A stretch of DNA of 32,000 nt, from the NCBI GenBank assembly GCA_963718915.1, contig CAVRAI010000009.1:180001-212000 (forward strand), given 5' to 3'. This document shows, piece after piece, positions 10,228-19,360 of this stretch. A program made the translations under genes and the position numbers. This DNA is from an uncultured Chloroflexia bacterium. Lineage in GTDB: Bacteria; Chloroflexota; Ktedonobacteria; Ktedonobacterales; JADMIN01. The first letter of the stretch is position 1, and each line of letters opens with the position of its first letter. The notes under the pieces are model-generated. The model was not told the origin of the DNA. It worked only from the letters and a program-made list of their open reading frames with translations, and did no database searches.

Positions 10228-10989
10228 ATGCCAAAAATTGACGCATCGCGACTGAATCTGGAAGAGACCGTGGTTCAGGTCGCTCGCGTGGCGAAAGTGG
10301 TGAAGGGCGGACGTCGCTTCAGCTTCCGCGCGCTGGTGGTGGTCGGAGATCGCTCCGGCCATGTCGGAGTGGGTCTGGGCAAGGCCGGTGAGGTGCCAGA
10401 GGCCATTCGTAAGGGCGTCGAAGACGCCAAGAAGCACCTGATTACGGTGCCATTGCAGGGCACTACGATCCCGTTCCTCTCGCGTGGCCTCTTTGCCGCG
10501 TCTGAGGTGATGCTCAAACCAGCCGCCGCCGGTACCGGTGTGATCGCCGGTGGCGCGGTGCGCGCGGTGGTTGAGGCCGCTGGCATCCGTGATATTCTCA
10601 CGAAGTCGCTCGGTAGCTCGACCTCGCTCAATACCGTGATGGCCACGATGAATGGCCTGCGGGCGCTGGCATCCTTCGAGTCGGAGGCGGCCCGTCGCGG
10701 GCGCTCGGTCGCCGAGCTGGTGGGCGCGCGCCAGGCGCAGCGGATCTCTGATGAGGTCGCGGCAGCCGCAACGTATACGCCACCAGTGCGCGAGGAGCGC
10801 GAGGAGCGCGGCGGTGATCGTCGCCGTGGTGGACGTGGCGACGGTGGTGGCGCTGGTGGTCCAGGTCGCGGTGGTCCTGGTGGTCCTGGTGGCCCTGGTG
10901 GCCCAGGTCGCGGCGGTCCCGGTGGCCCTGGTCGTGGTGGCCCAGGCCGAGGTGGCAATCGCCCCGGTGGCGGTGGCCCGCGTCGCTAA
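10228..10989 (+). CDS. rpsE: 30S ribosomal protein S5 with ~80-aa Gly/Pro/Arg-rich C-terminal tail
   Basis: [42 protein letters not shown] canonical S5. Tail is [29 protein letters not shown]. Confidence 0.94.
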   Translation: MPKIDASRLNLEETVVQVARVAKVVKGGRRFSFRALVVVGDRSGHVGVGLGKAGEVPEAIRKGVEDAKKHLITVPLQGTTIPFLSRGLFAASEVMLKPAAAGTGVIAGGAVRAVVEAAGIRDILTKSLGSSTSLNTVMATMNGLRALASFESEAARRGRSVAELVGARQAQRISDEVAAAATYTPPVREEREERGGDRRRGGRGDGGGAGGPGRGGPGGPGGPGGPGRGGPGGPGRGGPGRGGNRPGGGGPRR

Positions 10990-11070
10990 CGTGGTTCTAG
11001 CGAGATCGCGTGCAGGCAGAACTGCCAGCGGATGGCTGGTACGCTGACGAGCGCGTGTGGAGCAAAAGAT

Positions 11071-11256
11071 ATGGCAAAACTTCGGATAACCTATACTAAG
11101 AGTTCCATCGGATATCCCGCGCGGCAGAAGCGCACCATCGAGGCGCTGGGCCTGCGCAAGCTGCATCAAGCGGTCGAGCATGAGGATACGCCCGTCATCC
11201 GTGGCATGGTGAATAAAGTCTCGCATCTCGTGCGGGTGGAAGAGGTGTCGGCATGA
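11071..11256 (+). CDS. rpmD: 50S ribosomal protein L30
   Basis: [59 protein letters not shown]. The internal ATG 11071 gives the canonical ~61 aa. Confidence 0.9.
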   Translation: MAKLRITYTKSSIGYPARQKRTIEALGLRKLHQAVEHEDTPVIRGMVNKVSHLVRVEEVSA

Positions 11257-11756
11257 GACTCGACGAACTGCGGTCTCCCGCTGGAGCGCGCCATCGGCGC
11301 AAGCGTGTCGGTCGCGGGCATGGCTCCGGCCATGTGAAGACCTCTGGTCGCGGCCAGAAGGGCCAGAAAGCGCGTACCGGTTCGAGCATCCCGGCGCATT
11401 TTGAGGGCGGCCAGACACGGTTTGCGACCCGCATGCCGTACCTGGGTGGGTTCAAGAATCCGTTCCGCAAGGAATATATCGTCGTCAACCTGAGCGATCT
11501 CAAAGTCTTTGGGGTGGGCGAGCAGGTCAACACCACGACGCTGGCGGCGCATGGTCTTATCCGCGCGTCGCACACCAAGGGCATGCTCAAGGTGCTAGGC
11601 AACGGCAAGGTCGATCACGCGCTCAACATCACCGCGCACAAGGTCTCGGCCTCGGCGCGCGCCGCGATTGAGCAGGCCGGTGGCAGCATCACGTTGATCG
11701 CGATGCGCCAGACCCCGAAGACACGGCGCTCGGGCAAAGAGCCGCCCAAGTACTAG
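11253..11756 (+). CDS. rplO: 50S ribosomal protein L15
   Basis: [45 protein letters not shown] overlap with rpmD. Confidence 0.93.
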   Translation: MRLDELRSPAGARHRRKRVGRGHGSGHVKTSGRGQKGQKARTGSSIPAHFEGGQTRFATRMPYLGGFKNPFRKEYIVVNLSDLKVFGVGEQVNTTTLAAHGLIRASHTKGMLKVLGNGKVDHALNITAHKVSASARAAIEQAGGSITLIAMRQTPKTRRSGKEPPKY

Positions 11757-11768
11757 GTGGAGTATGCA

Positions 11769-11795
11769 TACCCCTCCTCAATATGGGGAGGGGTA
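11769..11795 (+). other. Hairpin just after the rplO stop (possible attenuator or weak terminator)
   Basis: TACCCCTCC (11769-11777) pairs with GGAGGGGTA (11787-11795). No downstream U-tract. Confidence 0.35.
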
Positions 11796-11823
11796 GCCAT
11801 CTACATCCATCCGCCTATTTTGG

Positions 11824-11852
11824 GTGACATAGGCGCATCGGTCGTGTACAAT
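11824..11852 (+). promoter_or_regulatory. Putative sigma70-type internal promoter for secY
   Basis: GTGACA (11824-11829), 17 nt spacer, TACAAT (11847-11852), within an unusual 244-bp rplO-secY spacer. Confidence 0.35.
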
Positions 11853-11927
11853 ACGCCCATGTGCGCCAGAGTGGAATGTTCTGGCAGTCGGCATCATTTC
11901 GACACTAGGCTACGTATAATAACTAGA

Positions 11928-11959
11928 GCAGGCCTGAGAGAAGCCCGAGACAGGCCTGC
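11928..11959 (+). other. Perfect 9-bp stem hairpin in the secY leader
   Basis: GCAGGCCTG (11928-11936) and CAGGCCTGC (11951-11959), 14-nt loop, about 40 nt upstream of the secY ATG. Confidence 0.4.
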
Positions 11960-12000
11960 CACGACCCAGCTTCACCGAGACCCGCTTTCTGGAGGCGAGC

Positions 12001-13341
12001 ATGTTGAACCGCCTGCGCAGCATCTGGACTATCCCGGATCTGAGGAACAAGATCCTCTTTACGATAGCCATGCTGCTGGTATTCCGCCTTGTGGCCTATG
12101 TGCCTGTGCCTGGCATCAATCCTTCCGCGCTGAGCAACGCAAGTAATTCAAGCACTGGCGATCTGAAGCAATTCTTTGGCCTGCTCGATGTATTTACCGG
12201 CGGTTCGCTCTACACCTTTGGCATCGCCTCGATGGGCGTCTATCCCTACATCACCGCCAGCATTGTCGTTCAGCTCTTGCAGGGTATCATTCCGAAGCTC
12301 GGCGCGATGCAGCGCGAGGGCGAGGCGGGGCGCAACCGGCTGGCGCAGATTACGCGCTATATCACGGTGCCGCTGGCGCTGCTCCAGGCGTTTGGCCAGA
12401 TGGCGCTGCTGGTGCAATTGGGCGCCATTCAGCCGTCACAGTTCAACCTCTTCAACGGTGGCTCATTCATCCCGACACTCTCAGCGCTTGTCAGTCTGAC
12501 GGCGGGGACGATGTTCCTGGTCTGGATTGGCGAACTCATTACCGAGAATGGCATCGGCAACGGCATCTCGCTGATTATCTTTGCCAACATCATGGTGCGC
12601 ATCCCGCAGCAAATCGGCTCGCAGCTCATCAGCAACAGTGGTGGCGCTGGTAGCGGCCTGAGCACCGGCGGCGCTATCGGCATCCTGTTCGTCATAGCGC
12701 TGGGGCTGGCCATGACCTTTGTGATGGTGATGGTCTACCTGGCGCAGCGGCGCATCCCGGTTCAGTATCCCTCGAAGCGGCGCGTCTTCGCGATGGAGCG
12801 CGCGGGGCAAGAGACGACCTACATCCCCATGCAGGTCAACAGCGCTGGCATGATCCCGATCATCTTCGCTAGCTCGATGTTACTGCTGCCGGTGATTATC
12901 GCGAATTTCATGCAGACGAGCAACAATAGCGGGCTACATAACTTCTTCGTGACCATCCGCGCCTGGCTTGATACGACCAATTGGTGGTACTGGGTGATCT
13001 TTGGCCTCATGGTTGGGCTGTTCACCTTCTTCTATGCCACCGTCCTCTGGGAGCAACAGAACCTGGCGGAGAATCTGCAGAAGCAGGGAGCCTTCATTAC
13101 GGGCATCCGTCCGGGCGTGCGCACCAATGAGTATCTGACCAGGGTGATGCATCGCCTGACGTTCGGAGGCGCGATCTTCCTGGGCATTGTGGCCGTGGCG
13201 CCCGCGCTGATTAGCACCAACCAGAACAATCTACCCTTCCAGGCGGCCTCGCTGCTGATTATCGTCGGCGTGGCGCTGGATACGATCAAACAGCTTGAAG
13301 CGCAGATGGTGATGCGCAATTACTCAGGCTTCCTGAGTTAG
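12001..13341 (+). CDS. secY: Preprotein translocase subunit SecY
   Basis: 446 aa, multi-pass membrane protein. LRNKILFT..LLVFRL..YVPVPGIN...GIGNGISLIIF... SecY signature regions. Synteny. Confidence 0.96.
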   Translation: MLNRLRSIWTIPDLRNKILFTIAMLLVFRLVAYVPVPGINPSALSNASNSSTGDLKQFFGLLDVFTGGSLYTFGIASMGVYPYITASIVVQLLQGIIPKLGAMQREGEAGRNRLAQITRYITVPLALLQAFGQMALLVQLGAIQPSQFNLFNGGSFIPTLSALVSLTAGTMFLVWIGELITENGIGNGISLIIFANIMVRIPQQIGSQLISNSGGAGSGLSTGGAIGILFVIALGLAMTFVMVMVYLAQRRIPVQYPSKRRVFAMERAGQETTYIPMQVNSAGMIPIIFASSMLLLPVIIANFMQTSNNSGLHNFFVTIRAWLDTTNWWYWVIFGLMVGLFTFFYATVLWEQQNLAENLQKQGAFITGIRPGVRTNEYLTRVMHRLTFGGAIFLGIVAVAPALISTNQNNLPFQAASLLIIVGVALDTIKQLEAQMVMRNYSGFLS

Positions 13342-13367
13342 CATAGGTCTGAAACACCGTCGCCGAG

Positions 13368-13402
13368 GCGCGCGAGTTGTCCAGTTGGGCAGTCTCGCGC
13401 GC
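13368..13402 (+). terminator. Candidate stem-loop downstream of secY
   Basis: GCGCGCGAG (13368-13376) pairs with CTCGCGCGC (13394-13402), then TTCTG. The U-tract is weak. Confidence 0.35.
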
Positions 13403-13549
13403 TTCTGACGTGCGGATAAACTGACTGCGAATAGATTGGCACGTAGACTGGCACGGCTGAGCAGGCAAAGCTCAACGGACGTCCGCCGCAACGGCGCGGT
13501 GGGCATACCCCGATCCACTTCAGATCGGACGCACAGGGAGGCGCTCTCG

Positions 13550-14203
13550 ATGAATCTCATGCTGCTTGGCGCTCAGGGTAGTGGCAAAGGCACCCAGAGT
13601 GCGCTACTCGCGCAGCGATTTGGCCTGGAGCCGTGTGCCAGTGGCGATCTGCTCCGCGAGGCAATCGCGCAGGGGACACCAGCAGGCCAACAGGCGCGCC
13701 CCTACTACGAGCGTGGCGACCTGGTGCCAGATGAGCTGATGGTAGGCATGATTCTTGAACGCCTGAAGAGTCTGACCGGGGCGAGGGGCATTATCCTGGA
13801 CGGATTCCCGCGCAACTACGCGCAAGCCGAGGCCCTGGATAAGCGCCTGACGGAGATGGAACAGTCTATCGCGCGGGTGATCTATCTGGAGGTACCGCGC
13901 GAACTGCTGCTGGATCGCCTCAGCGGGCGTTATATCTGCCGCGCGCATGGACATGTCTATAATGTCAAGAGCAACCCGCCGAAGACGCCGGGCATCTGCG
14001 ATATCGACGGCAGCGAGTTGTACCAGCGTAGCGACGACACTGGCGAGAAGATTCAGCATCGGCTGGATATCTTCTTTTCGGAGACGCTGCAATTGACCGA
14101 CTATTACGCGCGGCAAGGCAAACTGCTGACGGTAGACGGTACGCAGTCTATTGGCGATGTCAATCGCGCCATTCTGGCGGAGTTGGGTTCGGCGGGGGAA
14201 TAG
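13550..14203 (+). CDS. adk: Adenylate kinase
   Basis: MNLMLLGAQGSGKGTQ P-loop start with GGGAGG RBS. ILDGFPRN motif. Lid CRAHGHVYN...CDIDGSEL. The tracked ORF start at 13436 is too long. Confidence 0.94.
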   Translation: MNLMLLGAQGSGKGTQSALLAQRFGLEPCASGDLLREAIAQGTPAGQQARPYYERGDLVPDELMVGMILERLKSLTGARGIILDGFPRNYAQAEALDKRLTEMEQSIARVIYLEVPRELLLDRLSGRYICRAHGHVYNVKSNPPKTPGICDIDGSELYQRSDDTGEKIQHRLDIFFSETLQLTDYYARQGKLLTVDGTQSIGDVNRAILAELGSAGE

Positions 14204-14228
14204 GCAACACCCCACGGAGAAGAGCGAC

Positions 14229-15032
14229 GTGCCAATCAACTATTACAGCCGAACAGAGATTGCGGGCATCCGCCGCGCGGGCCAGGTCGTCATGGCAATT
14301 CTGGAGGAACTGCGCCAGGCCGTGCAGCCGGGAATCACGACCGCGGCGCTCGACGCGCTCGCCATTCGCGCGTTGAAGCGGCACGGGGCGACCTCCAACT
14401 TCAAAGGCTATGTGCCCATCAAGGGCATCAGGCCGTTTCCCGGCGTCATCTGTTCGTCGGCCAACGAGGCGATTGTCCACGGGATTCCCGGCCCCTATAC
14501 GCTGCGGGAGGGGGATATCCTCTCGATTGACTTTGGCGCGGTGGTGGATGGCTGGCACGGCGACTCGGCCATCACCGTGCCCGTCGGCGCGATCTCGCCG
14601 GAGGCGCGGCGCCTGCTGGATGTGACGGAAGAGGCGCTCCACCGAGGTATCGCCGCCGCGCAGAGCGGCAACCGGGTGATGGACATCAGCCGCGCCATCC
14701 AGACATATGTGGAGGGCGAGGGATTCTCGCTCATTCGCCAGTATACGGGCCACGGCATCGGGCGCGCGCTACACGAGGAGCCGACGGTGCTCAACTATGT
14801 CGATGCGAAGAGCGCGAACCCGCTGCTTCGGCCAGGCATGGTGATGTGCATCGAGCCGATGGTGAGCGCGGGCAGGCCAGGCACGCGCGAATTGGCCGAC
14901 CGCTGGACCGTCGTGACCGCCGATGGCAGTTTGGCGGCGCACTTCGAGCATACCGTGGCGATTACTGCCGACGGGCCAGATGTCCTGACGGCGAGTAGCG
15001 TCGCGCCCGCGGCGTCGGCTGGTCAGCCATGA
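14229..15032 (+). CDS. map: Type I methionine aminopeptidase
   Basis: GTG 14229 with GGAGAAG RBS. ...VCSSANEAIVHGIP...GDILSIDFGAVVDGWHGDSA...YTGHGIGRALHEEP...IEPM...EHTV metal-ligand motifs. Confidence 0.93.
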   Translation: MPINYYSRTEIAGIRRAGQVVMAILEELRQAVQPGITTAALDALAIRALKRHGATSNFKGYVPIKGIRPFPGVICSSANEAIVHGIPGPYTLREGDILSIDFGAVVDGWHGDSAITVPVGAISPEARRLLDVTEEALHRGIAAAQSGNRVMDISRAIQTYVEGEGFSLIRQYTGHGIGRALHEEPTVLNYVDAKSANPLLRPGMVMCIEPMVSAGRPGTRELADRWTVVTADGSLAAHFEHTVAITADGPDVLTASSVAPAASAGQP

Positions 15033-15100
15033 TCGTCGTACCTGGCATGATGCCCATCGCATGGTGGGCCATCATATCGGTGTTTTTGGCATGCTGCCAC

Positions 15101-15129
15101 TTGCGAGAGCAGGAGGCATATGCTATACT
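15101..15129 (+). promoter_or_regulatory. Putative sigma70-type promoter for infA
   Basis: TTGCGA (15101-15106), 17 nt spacer, TGcTATACT extended -10 (15121-15129). Would give a ~165 nt leader. Confidence 0.4.
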
Positions 15130-15297
15130 TGGAAGTTGGCTGCGGCTTTTTGCTTCCCTGCATATTCCTGGCTTCTCCTCGCACGTCAGCGGAGGTGATT
15201 TCGGGCTATGTCGGCAGCGTCGCCTGATGCTTTACCCGTTGGCTGGAAGCCCGCTTTATGCGGAAAATACAGGCGATAGCAGCAGAGAAAGGATGTT

Positions 15298-15519
15298 ATG
15301 CCCAAGCGTGATGCCATTGTGGTTGAGGGTGTCGTGACCGAGGCCCTACCCAATGCAATGTTTCGCGTATCGCTGGATGGCGGTCGCATGGTGCTGGCGC
15401 ACCTTTCGGGCAAAGTTCGCCTGAATTTTGTGCGTGTGGTACCAGGAGATCGGGTGCAGGTGGAACTCTCCCCCTACGACCTGAGCAAAGGCCGCATTAC
15501 CTGGCGTGATCGCCGCTAG
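15298..15519 (+). CDS. infA: Translation initiation factor IF-1
   Basis: [70 protein letters not shown] canonical IF-1. Confidence 0.96.
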   Translation: MPKRDAIVVEGVVTEALPNAMFRVSLDGGRMVLAHLSGKVRLNFVRVVPGDRVQVELSPYDLSKGRITWRDRR

Positions 15520-15887
15520 CAGAGGCTCGGATGGGTCAGCGTGTCTGGCGTCGGCTAGCGTCGGCCGCCGCTGACCCAGGGCGAGGCGCATCGCGGAGAT
15601 ACCTGGATGGTTGAGAGCAGTCGCGACTGGCGGTGCGAAGATGCTGATCGCATCGCGCACGGTTGCCCTCTGGGTGCGGGTGTCTCCGCTGGCGACTAAG
15701 CGGCGAAGTACTAGCGCGTGAGACGGTGCGTGTTGCACATGCGTCCAACTATAGAGGGTTGGGCATTGTCGCATTCCTCACCGCAGGTATGGCAGACGGG
15801 CATAGCGTGATATACATTCCTGTGACCTGAGGGCTGGCTTAGCCTGGGTGGCAGTGATTGGCATGATCTTGCGTGGGGGGGGGTGGA

Positions 15888-15917
15888 GTGATTGGCAGTG
15901 ATTGGCAGTGATTGGCA
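15888..15917 (+). repeat. 10-bp perfect tandem repeat GTGATTGGCA x3
   Basis: Read directly. There is one dispersed copy at 15854-15863 and a degenerate copy after 15918. The repeat sits 23 bp upstream of the rpmJ ATG. Confidence 0.85.
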
Positions 15918-15939
15918 GTATGGTTGGCGGAGGGTTCGC

Positions 15940-16056
15940 ATGAAAGTTCAGGCATCGGTAAAGCCTCGCTGCGATGGCTGCAAGGTCATCCGGCGGCGGC
16001 GCGTGGTGATGGTGATCTGTAGCAAAGATCCCAAGCACAAGCAGCGCCAGGGCTAG
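15940..16056 (+). CDS. rpmJ: 50S ribosomal protein L36 (zinc-binding C-x2-C...C...H form)
   Basis: Not in the ORF track (38 aa). My translation is [38 protein letters not shown] then TAG at 16054-16056. GGAGGG RBS. Confidence 0.93.
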   Translation: MKVQASVKPRCDGCKVIRRRRVVMVICSKDPKHKQRQG

Positions 16057-16188
16057 TTCAGAGCTACGCCCGGTACGCCGGGTTAGGCATCGGTTCTCTC
16101 GCCTGGATACTCGCCGGAGTACCCGGGCAGCGGCATTTTTGATGCAGTGTTCAGCAGCGTTCACCAGACAGCGAGGAGGATCTGGCGC

Positions 16189-16569
16189 ATGGCCAGAATC
16201 GCCGGGGTAGATATTCCCCGCGACAAGCGTGTGGAAGTCGCGCTCACGTATATCTTCGGCATTGGCGCGACATCCAGCAAGCAAGTGTTGACGTCGACAC
16301 GCGTCAATCCCGATACGCGCGTAAAAGACCTGACCGAAGAAGAGGTCGCGCGGCTGCGTGAATTCATCGACCGCAACTACAAGGTCGAGGGCGACCTCCG
16401 GCGTGAGGTCGATATGAACATCAAGCGGCTGATCGAGATTGGCTGCTACCGTGGCATGCGGCATCGCCGCAACCTGCCGGTGCATGGCCAGCGCACGCGC
16501 ACCAACGCGCGCACGCGCCGGGGGCCGCGCAAGACGGTGGCTGGGCGCAAGAAGGCAGCGAAGAAGTAG
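16189..16569 (+). CDS. rpsM: 30S ribosomal protein S13
   Basis: [26 protein letters not shown]...[37 protein letters not shown]. Confidence 0.96.
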   Translation: MARIAGVDIPRDKRVEVALTYIFGIGATSSKQVLTSTRVNPDTRVKDLTEEEVARLREFIDRNYKVEGDLRREVDMNIKRLIEIGCYRGMRHRRNLPVHGQRTRTNARTRRGPRKTVAGRKKAAKK

Positions 16570-16623
16570 ACAGGTGTTGGCCTGTCTTCTGGACGGCCAC
16601 TATCTCAGGAGGAAGCATCCAGC

Positions 16624-17028
16624 ATGGCGGAAAAGACGCCCAAACGGGCCGTCGGACGTCAGCGGCGGCGCGAACGTAAGTCAGTGCCGCGCGGCAAGGC
16701 GTACATCCAGGCGACGTTCAACAATACGATGGTCACCATCACCGATCCCAACGGCAACGCGCTCTCATGGAGCAGCGCCGGGGCATCGAACTTCAAAGGG
16801 TCGCGCAAGAGCACTCCCTACGCCGCGCAGGTCACCGCGGAAAGCGCCGCGCGCAAGGCGATGGAGCATGGCGTGCGCCAGATCGAGGTCTACGTGCGCG
16901 GGCCGGGCGCTGGTCGCGAGGCGGCGATTCGCTCCTTGCAGGCCGCGGGCCTTCAGGTCGTCTCGATCACCGATGTCACGCCGATCCCGCACAATGGCTG
17001 TCGGCCACCGAAGCGGCGTCGCGTCTAA
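16624..17028 (+). CDS. rpsK: 30S ribosomal protein S11
   Basis: [30 protein letters not shown]...[20 protein letters not shown] canonical S11. Confidence 0.96.
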   Translation: MAEKTPKRAVGRQRRRERKSVPRGKAYIQATFNNTMVTITDPNGNALSWSSAGASNFKGSRKSTPYAAQVTAESAARKAMEHGVRQIEVYVRGPGAGREAAIRSLQAAGLQVVSITDVTPIPHNGCRPPKRRRV

Positions 17029-17469
17029 TCCGGCTTTCTGTCTGGCTCACGCCGGACTGACGCGGGATGATTTCTCTGGCGGCTGGCGCATATGCGCCGC
17101 TGCATAATGGATATTCCTGGATTCCCAGATACCGGCATGCGTTGCTCTGGTGACGTGCGCCGGACATTGCACGAAAGATGCGCGTCAAGCGACCTGGAGT
17201 GCGTGTTCGTGAGGCCCGCCTTCGTCCTGGGCGGTTCTGGACTGGCCCGCAAGTGAGTCAGTCGCATGGGGAACGTGTGTAGCCCGCTGCTTCCCCTGAT
17301 AGCCTCTCGTTGCACGCCGCGCGAGGAAGCGCGCGATGGCGTCTTTTGGGATGACGTGACTGTTTGTTCGCGCCTGCTGGCGCTGCGGCTGGTGTCGCGG
17401 GCGGCGAGATAGTGACGGCACGATTCCGAAAGCGCGCAACAGGCTCTCTGGCAACGGGCCAGGGCGCAT

Positions 17470-17499
17470 GAACAACGCTGAACAACGCTGAACAACGCC
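17470..17499 (+). repeat. 10-bp tandem repeat GAACAACGCT x3 (third copy has 1 mismatch) in the rpsK-rpsD spacer
   Basis: Read directly from the sequence. About 90 nt upstream of the rpsD ATG. Confidence 0.85.
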
Positions 17500-17585
17500 G
17501 GACGTCGGAGCGATGTCTGGCGCCAGTTGTTCTTTGAGAGGCACTCCAGACCCAGGCACAGCCTGAGGAGGACGAACGGACTACT

Positions 17586-18215
17586 ATGGCTCGATATACT
17601 GGCCCTGTCTGCCGCCTGTGTCGGCGTGAGGGCGTCAAACTGTTTCTAAAGGGTGAGCGCTGCATGGGGCCGAAGTGCGGCATCGAGCGGCGCAACACGC
17701 GCCCCGGCCAGCACGGCCAGGCCCGCGGACGCAAGCCATCTGGCTATGCGCTCCAGTTGCGCGAGAAGCAAAAGGTCCGCCGCACGTATGGCGTGCTGGA
17801 GCGTCAGTTCCAGCGCTACTTTGACATCGCCGCGCGACGCCCCGGCAAGACCAGCGATAATCTGCTGCAAATGCTTGAAATGCGTCTCGATAATGTCGTC
17901 TATCGTATGGGCTTCGCCGATTCACGCGCCCAGGCCCGCCAGATCGTCACGCATGGTCATTTCCAGGTCAACGGACGCAAGTCCGATATCCCTTCGATGA
18001 TCCTGCGCCCCGACATGGAAGTGGGCGTGCGTGAGGGCAGCAAAAACCTGGAATATTTTAAGACACGCGCCTTGATGCTGGCGCAGAAGAATGTCCCGCC
18101 CTGGCTGCGTCTGGATACCAATGCGCTCTCGGGCAGAATTCTCGCGCTGCCGTCCCGGCAGGAGCTAACCCTGCCCTTCGATGAGGCGCTGGTCGTCGAG
18201 TACTATCAGCGATAG
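17586..18215 (+). CDS. rpsD: 30S ribosomal protein S4
   Basis: [26 protein letters not shown]...[22 protein letters not shown] canonical S4. Confidence 0.96.
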   Translation: MARYTGPVCRLCRREGVKLFLKGERCMGPKCGIERRNTRPGQHGQARGRKPSGYALQLREKQKVRRTYGVLERQFQRYFDIAARRPGKTSDNLLQMLEMRLDNVVYRMGFADSRAQARQIVTHGHFQVNGRKSDIPSMILRPDMEVGVREGSKNLEYFKTRALMLAQKNVPPWLRLDTNALSGRILALPSRQELTLPFDEALVVEYYQR

Positions 18216-18229
18216 AGGAGGGGATCCCC

Positions 18230-19288
18230 TTGCTAGATATTGCTGTGCCTCACATCAAATCTACAGAAACTGAACAGAATTTTGCCAGCTACGATATCGA
18301 GCCGCTGGAGGCTGGGTATGGTCACACCCTGGGCAACGCGCTGCGCCGTGTGCTGCTCTCGTCACTGCCGGGAGCGGCCATCACCGCCATCAAGATCGAG
18401 GGGGCGCAGCACGAATTCCAGGATATTCCGGGCGTCCGCGAAGATGTCACCGATATCGTGCTCAACGTCAAGAAGATTCGCCTGCGCTCGCTCGCGGATC
18501 AGCCGGTGACGATGCGCATCGAGGTGAGCGGCGAGCGGGTGGTGACAGCGGCGGACATCCAGGCGCCAAGCACGATTGAGATCGTCAACCCGGATGTCTA
18601 CATCTGCACGCTGGATGGCTCCGATGCCCATCTGGAGATGGAACTGGTCGTCGAGAACGGCAAGAGTTATGTGCCTGCCGAGACCAAAGAGGGCCAGCCC
18701 ATCGGGCAGATCCCGGTGGACGCCATCTTCACGCCAGTGCAGCGGGTCAACTACATCGTCGAGAACACCCGCGTTGGCCAGATGACCAACTACGACCGTA
18801 TCACGCTCCAGGTCTGGACCGACGGCACGATCACGCCCGACGAGGCGCTGCGCCAGGCATCTACCATTCTGGTGCGCCACTTCCAGTTGATCGCCGACTA
18901 CATCCAGCCCACGTCGCGAGGGCCGATTGATGTAGACAATGGCTACTATCAGGCCGATGTGCCGGGAGTTATGCCAGACTCGCGCGCGATTCCGATTCCG
19001 CCGCGTATCTTCGACATGCCCATCGAGGAGCTTGATCTGACGGTGCGGGCCTATAACTGCCTCAAGCGCAGCGGCATCACCAAGGTTGGCCAGATCCTCA
19101 CGATGACTGAGGAAGACCTGCTCGCCGTGCGCAACTTCGGCGAGAAGAGCCTCAACGAGCTGAAAGATAGCCTGAAGCAGCGCGTTCTTTTGCCCACTCC
19201 GGCGCAACTGGAGCGGTACAACGAGAACAATTTCAACGGCGCGCATGGGTATGGCGACGACAATCTGGATGAGGATTACGACGTATAG
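18230..19288 (+). CDS. rpoA: DNA-directed RNA polymerase alpha subunit
   Basis: TTG start after GAGGAGGGG. YGHTLGNALRRVLLSSLPGAA (NTD) and ELDLTVRAYNCLKRSGI..VGQIL...LLAVRNFGEKSLNELK (CTD). Confidence 0.95.
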   Translation: MLDIAVPHIKSTETEQNFASYDIEPLEAGYGHTLGNALRRVLLSSLPGAAITAIKIEGAQHEFQDIPGVREDVTDIVLNVKKIRLRSLADQPVTMRIEVSGERVVTAADIQAPSTIEIVNPDVYICTLDGSDAHLEMELVVENGKSYVPAETKEGQPIGQIPVDAIFTPVQRVNYIVENTRVGQMTNYDRITLQVWTDGTITPDEALRQASTILVRHFQLIADYIQPTSRGPIDVDNGYYQADVPGVMPDSRAIPIPPRIFDMPIEELDLTVRAYNCLKRSGITKVGQILTMTEEDLLAVRNFGEKSLNELKDSLKQRVLLPTPAQLERYNENNFNGAHGYGDDNLDEDYDV

Positions 19289-19360
19289 CGCAGTGCGCGC
19301 CTACATGACGGCGACCTGGTTCGGCCAGATCGCCGCCTGATTTTGCAGGAGTATAGTAAC

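Noticed and set aside
9445-11418. 657-aa ORF on the minus strand. Similar long antisense ORFs occur at 1622-2899, 4459-5235, 6256-6984, 15778-16485, 18362-19246, 24184-25185 and 28023-28718.
   Set aside because: Each lies antisense to well-supported conserved genes. The translations are Arg/Ala/Pro/His-rich with no recognisable motifs and no RBS. Long stop-free antisense frames are expected in high-GC DNA.
11757-12146. 129-aa ORF spanning the rplO-secY spacer into secY. The analogous 102-aa ORF at 15029-15337 spans the map-infA spacer.
   Set aside because: Neither has an RBS or a recognisable domain, and both run out of frame into the well-supported downstream genes. The spacers are better explained as regulatory.
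13430-13465. Sigma54-like TGGCAC elements (ttggcacgtagactggcacgg) upstream of adk
   Set aside because: The spacing and second element do not fit TGGCAC-N5-TTGCW, since CTGGC stands where TTGC is required. This looks like a chance duplication of TGGCAC.
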